The position numbers were made by a program, and so were the translations under genes. DNA of 64,000 nucleotides from Minisyncoccota bacterium. Its GTDB lineage: Bacteria; Patescibacteriota; Minisyncoccia; Phycocordibacterales; SW-6-46-9. Every line of letters begins with the position of its first letter. Position 1 is the stretch's first letter. Below, piece by piece: positions 58,756 through 64,000 of this stretch. Under the pieces are notes generated by a model, which ran no database searches, was not told the origin of the DNA, and saw only the letters and a list, made by a program, of their open reading frames with translations. The stretch spans positions 21,337 to 85,336 of the forward strand of contig JBBDRP010000002.1 of assembly GCA_040905385.1 (NCBI GenBank), in the 5' to 3' direction.

Positions 58756-59328
58756 GTGTTTATGGCGCGTTTATTAGTTCCAATCTTACTTCTGCTCATC
58801 CTATCCACTGGCTGTACATCCATTGTTGAAAGTGAGTATGAAGATAGTGAGCCTCGTGACGTACGAGGTGTTAGTGTCTCGACTCTTGGCATTCTTCCTA
58901 TTGAAGAAATTCTGGATCGAGAAAATATAAAAGTGGTGTGGGATACACCAACCATAATAAAAAAATCCTTACGAGAAGGTAGGTTCTATGTTGACAGTAT
59001 TCTGGTTCATCGAGCCAATACGTTAAAGAGCCGTTTTCTTCTCGAGCTACAGTCAGATTCTTACGACAGAACACCTCGCTTTGTCTTCCATCCCAATGAG
59101 CTCCCGGATCCGTCCGGAAAACTGTACCAGTATGTACCTGCCCGAATCCTGTCTCGATGGGATGAGACAGCAGACGGTCTTGTATCTAAGTATGAACCTG
59201 AAGATTACCTGCGTTCGATTAAGACGAGTCACTTCTTTGCTCAGACTGACTCGTTGAAAATCATGGCAAGAAAAGTACATGATTTCAATCGGGTTGGTAT
59301 CAATACAATGTTCTACGTTGTAAAATAA
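58756..59328 (+). CDS. hypothetical lipoprotein
   Basis: Signal peptide with a lipobox-like LSTGC. Confidence 0.5.
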   Translation: MFMARLLVPILLLLILSTGCTSIVESEYEDSEPRDVRGVSVSTLGILPIEEILDRENIKVVWDTPTIIKKSLREGRFYVDSILVHRANTLKSRFLLELQSDSYDRTPRFVFHPNELPDPSGKLYQYVPARILSRWDETADGLVSKYEPEDYLRSIKTSHFFAQTDSLKIMARKVHDFNRVGINTMFYVVK

Positions 59329-59391
59329 TTATGTTATCAAAAGGCCGCTTACGCTTATGTAAGGGGTCTTTTTTCATGTCTACGTGCTACT

Positions 59392-59856
59392 ATGGAGGTA
59401 ATGATTGCTTCTGCCACACGCACGATTTCGGGCCCTGGTGAGCTGCGTGATTTTGCAACGAATCTGGCTGACAACCTCGCTCCTGAGCCACATGAAGCTA
59501 CAGTGGTAGGACTCGTCGGGCCGCTTGGGGTGGGGAAGACGGCGCTTGCCGGTGAGCTGCTGGCTGCCTACGGTGTTGAGGGGCCGGTGACGAGCCCAAC
59601 CTACACAATCGAGACAGTCTACTGGCTGCCGAATGGTCCATTTTCGCATGCGTATCATCTGGATACGTACCGGCTGGATGGCTCTAATGATTTGGAGGCA
59701 CTTGATTTCGAGCGTCGCCTGGAAAATCCAGAAAACCTGATTCTAATAGAGTGGGCAGACAAGATCAGCGATATTCTTACAGGAAAGACACTTTACATTG
59801 ATATGCTCTTTGGAGAGGCGGAGGACGAGCGGATAATCAAAACCTATTATGAGTAA
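59392..59856 (+). CDS. tsaE: tRNA threonylcarbamoyladenosine biosynthesis protein TsaE
   Basis: P-loop GPLGVGKT; ~150 aa; overlaps the polA start by 8 nt. Confidence 0.7.
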   Translation: MEVMIASATRTISGPGELRDFATNLADNLAPEPHEATVVGLVGPLGVGKTALAGELLAAYGVEGPVTSPTYTIETVYWLPNGPFSHAYHLDTYRLDGSNDLEALDFERRLENPENLILIEWADKISDILTGKTLYIDMLFGEAEDERIIKTYYE

Positions 59857-62236
59857 ATCATACAAAAAACGTCTTGTGCTTCTGGACGGCAACGCGATCC
59901 TTCATCGTGGGTATCACGCTCTGCCAGACTTTTCTACCCAGGACGGTCGACCAACCGGGGCGCTGTACGGGCTGTGTCTGATGCTTCTGGGAATAATTAA
60001 GGATCTCGAGCCGGATGAAATTGTGGCGTGTTTTGACCTGGCGGCTCCAACCCACCGGCACGAAAAATTTGCCGACTACAAGGCGCACCGGCCCAAAACT
60101 GATGACGCGCTTATATCCCAGATCAAGCAGGCGCGAGAGGTGCTGGAGGCCTTCTCGATTCCGTACTACGAGCTGGAGGGTTTCGAGGCTGATGATCTTT
60201 TGGGGACTATTGCTGAAGACATGAAGGAGGAAGCGTCGGTACAGGTAGTGATTGCATCCGGCGACCACGACACATTGCAGTTGGTTGAAGATGAAAAGAC
60301 CCTGGTATACACCCAGCGACGCGGCATTAAGGATACGATTCTTTACGACGAGGAGGGGGTAAAGAAGAAGTACGGTTTTGCCCCCGAATACTTACCAGAC
60401 TTTAAGGGGATGAGTGGTGACTCGTCAGACAATATTCCCGGCATAAAAGGAGTCGGTGAAAAGACAGCAACACGGGTAATCGAAAGCTTCGGTCATCTAG
60501 AGGATATTTACCGAGAGCTGGCGGAAAATCAGGATGATGTTGCTTTTGTTGATGCTGGGCTAACAACACGGTTTATTAATCTGCTGCGTGAGGGCAAGGA
60601 CAAGGCGATGTTTTCCAAGGATCTGGCAACGATTCGTCTAGATGCACCGATTGATTTTTCTCTACCGGATAAAGGTTGGCGCGATCGACTGGATCAGGAG
60701 AAGATTAATAATATATTTACCGAGCTTGAGTTTGGCTCACTGCGTAGCCGGGTGGCAGAAGAGTTGTTTGCAGATACCGCCGACGATGACGAAGAGGAGT
60801 CCAGTCATGACGCGAAGAAAAGCCTGCCTGTTGAGGAGATCGAGGAGCTAAAGATTGCCTTATGGCTGTGTGATTCTTCTAAAACTGATCCGGACGAAGA
60901 AGATATTCTGGCTTACACTGACAAGGCGACACTCGCAACCACCAAAAAACCTTTAATGGATGAGCTGGAAAAGAAGGAACTGATGGAGGTTTTTAATACT
61001 ATAGAAAAACCACTGATCCCAATCGTTCAGAAGATGAAAGAGGTGGGCATAAAGATAGACGAGGATTATCTGGATACATTGTCGACCGAGTACCAGAAGA
61101 AGCTAGATAAAATCGAGAAGAAGATCTACAAAGAAGCCGACCAGGCGTTCAATATCAACTCACCCCAACAGCTTGCTGAGGTAATGTTTACGGAGATGGA
61201 GATTCCTACCAAAGGTTTAGCCAAGACATCGACCGGGGCGGTATCCACCCGCGAGTCAGAGTTGGAGAAGCTGGCCGACGAACATAAGATTGCCGAGCTG
61301 ATGCTGCTGTATCGGGAGGTTCAGAAGCTGCTTTCGACCTATATCAATGTACTGCCAGAACGCATTGGTGAGGATGGGCGCCTCCATGCCGACTTTATTC
61401 AAAGCGGCACCACGACCGGTCGGATGAGTTCAAAAAATCCTAACCTGCAGAACATTCCAATTCGCTCAAAAGATGGAAGAAAGATCCGGGGGGCTTTTGT
61501 GTCCGAAAAAGATAGCAAACTGGTGGCGCTTGATTACTCACAGATCGAGCTTCGGATTGCTGCCTGGTTGTCTGGCGACGAGCGGCTGATTCAGGTGTTT
61601 AAGGATGGTCGAGATATCCACGGGGCCGTGGCAGCCGATGTTTTCTCGGTTGATGAGTCTGAGGTTACAAAGAACCAGCGCTCCAAGGCTAAGGTGATTA
61701 ATTTTGGCATTCTGTACGGTATGGGGGTGGATGCACTGCGTCGTAATCTGGGTGACGGTACATCTCGAGATGAAGCCCAGGCGTACCTGGATCAGTACTT
61801 CGAAAGCTACGTTGGCATCGCGGATTTTATGGAGGAGAAGAAGCAGGAGGTACGCGAGCAGGGGTATACGACAACCTACTTTGGCCGCCGTCGGTACTTT
61901 CCAGAGATCTACTCCAGCCGATCCTGGATTCAGGCGCAGGCAGAACGAATGGCGATAAATGCACCGGTGCAGGGAACGCAGGCAGACATCATAAAGCGAG
62001 CCATGATTGCTGTTGATGCGTATCTAGAGAAGGAAGGTCTCGATGAGGAGGTACATCTGCTGCTGCAGGTGCATGATGAGCTTATTTACGAGATTCCGGA
62101 TGAGCGAGTAGAGGCAGTGGCAGGCGAAATAAAAAGAATCATGGAGTCGGTGCTTCCAACTGAGGAGACAGCCGGTATTGAACTGATTGCTGATGTGTCG
62201 GTCGGGGAGCGCTGGAATGAGCTAAAATCACGTTAA
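59849..62236 (+). CDS. polA: DNA polymerase I
   Basis: A 5'-3' exonuclease domain at the N-terminus, then family A polymerase motifs (DYSQIELR, KVINFGILYG, QVHDELIYE). Confidence 0.9.
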   Translation: MSKSYKKRLVLLDGNAILHRGYHALPDFSTQDGRPTGALYGLCLMLLGIIKDLEPDEIVACFDLAAPTHRHEKFADYKAHRPKTDDALISQIKQAREVLEAFSIPYYELEGFEADDLLGTIAEDMKEEASVQVVIASGDHDTLQLVEDEKTLVYTQRRGIKDTILYDEEGVKKKYGFAPEYLPDFKGMSGDSSDNIPGIKGVGEKTATRVIESFGHLEDIYRELAENQDDVAFVDAGLTTRFINLLREGKDKAMFSKDLATIRLDAPIDFSLPDKGWRDRLDQEKINNIFTELEFGSLRSRVAEELFADTADDDEEESSHDAKKSLPVEEIEELKIALWLCDSSKTDPDEEDILAYTDKATLATTKKPLMDELEKKELMEVFNTIEKPLIPIVQKMKEVGIKIDEDYLDTLSTEYQKKLDKIEKKIYKEADQAFNINSPQQLAEVMFTEMEIPTKGLAKTSTGAVSTRESELEKLADEHKIAELMLLYREVQKLLSTYINVLPERIGEDGRLHADFIQSGTTTGRMSSKNPNLQNIPIRSKDGRKIRGAFVSEKDSKLVALDYSQIELRIAAWLSGDERLIQVFKDGRDIHGAVAADVFSVDESEVTKNQRSKAKVINFGILYGMGVDALRRNLGDGTSRDEAQAYLDQYFESYVGIADFMEEKKQEVREQGYTTTYFGRRRYFPEIYSSRSWIQAQAERMAINAPVQGTQADIIKRAMIAVDAYLEKEGLDEEVHLLLQVHDELIYEIPDERVEAVAGEIKRIMESVLPTEETAGIELIADVSVGERWNELKSR

Positions 62237-62238
62237 GT

Positions 62239-62949
62239 ATGTTTTACGTTTATCACGGAAAAAATATTCATCGTCGTCAGCAGGCGCTTGGGAAGCTGCG
62301 GGAAGGACTGCTCCAGAAGCGTCCGGAGGCCGAGGTATTTGAGATCGATGCCGACACCTTCAGCGTTGATCGTATCGAGGAGCTAACGGTCGGCCGTGGC
62401 CTGTTCGAAGAAAAGTACATTGTATTTCTATTTCATGTTCTTTCCACCGATCATGGTCAAGAGGCCTTGCTGGAGCGTCTTGAGGCGCTCGGGACGGCCG
62501 AACATATCTTTATCCTTATCGAGGATGAGGTAAAAAAGACGCACCTAAAAAAGCTCGAAAAGCATGCCGAGGCTACGCAGGAGTTCGCTGGCAAAGGGGA
62601 GGGCGAGGAGTACAAGCCCTTTCCGCTGTCCGATGCGTACGGTCGTCGGGATAAGCGCGGTGCCTGGATTGAGCTACAGAAGGCTCGCGAGGCCAACCAG
62701 CGGGCCGAGTCAGTACATGGGATACTGGCCTGGCAAACGCGCCTGATGCTGCTGGCTAAGGAGTGTAAGACAGCCGACGAGGCCGGTGTCTCAGCCTATC
62801 CATTTAAAAAGGCAAAAAACTTCGGCCGCAATTTTTCGGCTGCTGAGTTAGCTGACAATATGCAGCAACTGGTGTGGATGTATCATAACGCTCATCGTGG
62901 CAGATATGATCTGCACGATGCGATGGAGCAGTTTCTTTTAGAGATTTAA
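62239..62949 (+). CDS. DNA polymerase III delta subunit (HolA)-like, short form
   Basis: Starts 3 nt after polA. The N-terminal FYVYHGKN...GRGLFEEKYIVFLFH region resembles HolA. Tentative. Confidence 0.4.
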   Translation: MFYVYHGKNIHRRQQALGKLREGLLQKRPEAEVFEIDADTFSVDRIEELTVGRGLFEEKYIVFLFHVLSTDHGQEALLERLEALGTAEHIFILIEDEVKKTHLKKLEKHAEATQEFAGKGEGEEYKPFPLSDAYGRRDKRGAWIELQKAREANQRAESVHGILAWQTRLMLLAKECKTADEAGVSAYPFKKAKNFGRNFSAAELADNMQQLVWMYHNAHRGRYDLHDAMEQFLLEI

Positions 62950-63036
62950 GCTACACAGATTGTGTCCTGTAGTACCATTGCCGCAAACTTCAAAAATCCA
63001 GTAATTATGGTACTATTTCGTCTGTGAAAAGAAGAT

Positions 63037-63110
63037 CCGCCCATAGCTCAGCCCGGTAGAGCAGCTCCCTTTTAAGGAGACGGCCCTTGGTTCGAATCCA
63101 AGTGGGCGGA
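63037..63110 (+). tRNA. tRNA-Lys (anticodon TTT)
   Basis: CCGCCCATAGCTCAGCCCGGTAGAGCAGCTCCCTTTTAAGGAGACGGCCCTTGGTTCGAATCCAAGTGGGCGGA. Confidence 0.75.
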
Positions 63111-63115
63111 CAATA

Positions 63116-63577
63116 ATGCAAGCAATTCTCCATAACATTCGTAGTATTTATAATGTCGCCTCGATATTTCGGACGGCCGACGGGCTGGGTGTCCAGCAGC
63201 TGATTCTTTCGGGGTTTACGCCGGCGCCAGTGGATCGCTTTGGCCGCGACCGGGAAAAATTTCAAAAAGTAGCTCTTGGGTCCGAATTGACAGTTACCTG
63301 GCAGCAGACTGATGATGTATTTCGGAAAATCACTGAGCTGCAGGATGAAGGGGTAGAGGTGCTGGCCTGTGAACCAACGGAGGCGGCAATTGATTACCGC
63401 ACATGTGATTCTAACGATAACATTTGCCTTGTCTTTGGTAGTGAGCCAGATGGCCTACCAGATGATGTAATAGCGGCCTGCGATAGGGTAATAGAGATAC
63501 CAATGCAGGGCCAGAAAAGTTCACTTAATGTATCCGTTGCTTTCGGCATAATCTCGGCTAATCTTATTGACAAGTAA
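63116..63577 (+). CDS. SpoU/TrmH-family tRNA/rRNA 2'-O-methyltransferase (TrmL-like)
   Basis: 153 aa; IFRTADGLGV, LVFGSEPDGL and NVSVAFGI fit SPOUT methyltransferase motifs. Confidence 0.75.
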   Translation: MQAILHNIRSIYNVASIFRTADGLGVQQLILSGFTPAPVDRFGRDREKFQKVALGSELTVTWQQTDDVFRKITELQDEGVEVLACEPTEAAIDYRTCDSNDNICLVFGSEPDGLPDDVIAACDRVIEIPMQGQKSSLNVSVAFGIISANLIDK

Positions 63578-64000
63578 TCTTAATAAAAGCATACTATACA
63601 TAGATAATAATCTTTCAAATCTAAAAAAAGAGGTCACTATGATGATTCAGAAAAAGAATTATTATATAAGCACTCAAGGAAAATTAACTAACAGAAAGGA
63701 GGAAGTTTGGATTTTTCTTTCTCTACTCTTTTTCATGCTTGTGACTTTTATGTCCAGCATAAGAATGGTTATGATTATTGGAGGTATCGGTATTATTCTT
63801 ATTTCGATAAGGAATATACTGGTTTTCTTTGAGAAGAGAAGAGAGGAAAAAATACAAATAATGCCAAGTACTTGCAAGAAGGGTGAGTTGACCTGTCAGT
63901 CAGGAAATTATGAAGGCTTACTGCCAGAAAACTTATCATTTAGTGATAGACTAAAATATCATAATTTTTCTAACAGACTATTTATTTTTAATCGTAGATT

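Noticed and set aside
63674-63877. ORF 63674-63877 (-), a 67-aa hydrophobic peptide.
   Set aside because: It lies in an AT-rich terminal region with low-complexity sequence and no start context. It may instead overlap a + strand gene continuing beyond the window.
1-64000. CRISPR array.
   Set aside because: All repeats found are irregularly spaced modular elements. There are no short regularly interspaced direct repeats.

Overview
This 64-kb window looks like part of a streamlined bacterial chromosome spanning the replication origin. The gene content (short YidC, short trigger factor, PilB, M23/LysM peptidase, T4SS-like genes) suggests a CPR/Patescibacteria (Saccharibacteria-like) organism, but that is inference only. 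No rRNA genes and no CRISPR array are present.

Recognisable genes in window order: pgk (partial) and tpiA, nusA, ppa, tig, clpP, rny, hup, yraN, a pterin dehydratase, cca, rpsO, an NYN-domain protein, an M29 aminopeptidase, comM/yifB, an M23-LysM peptidase, pcrA/uvrD, rsmA, yidC, rnpA, dnaA, dnaN, a DciA-like gene, PBP1A, tyrS, ruvC, yebC, ruvB, pilB, tsaE, polA, a holA-like gene and trmL. There are five tRNAs: Gly-TCC, Pro-TGG, Gly-GCC, Arg-TCG and Lys-TTT.

The most interesting content:
1. A translationally coupled 11-gene T4SS-like operon of about 13.4 kb (31170-44569). It has a VirB6-like protein, a VirB3/PrgI-like protein, a VirB4 ATPase interrupted by a single in-frame TAA, a pilin-like protein with a Cys-rich tail, and a 1042-aa Gly-rich secreted protein.
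2. Several families of structured intergenic repeats. A ~90-nt element occurs three times with two hairpins whose sequences differ but stay base-paired. Modular repeats cluster in a tRNA hotspot. A ~130-bp inverted-repeat pair brackets a 4.6-kb block containing comM.
3. Strong compositional mosaicism. The dnaA-dnaN-dciA origin module and several small islands are far more AT-rich than neighbouring genes.
4. A standalone RNA polymerase alpha-CTD-like protein sitting where clpX would normally follow clpP.

All calls come from reading the sequence and ORF translations; no database searches were run.
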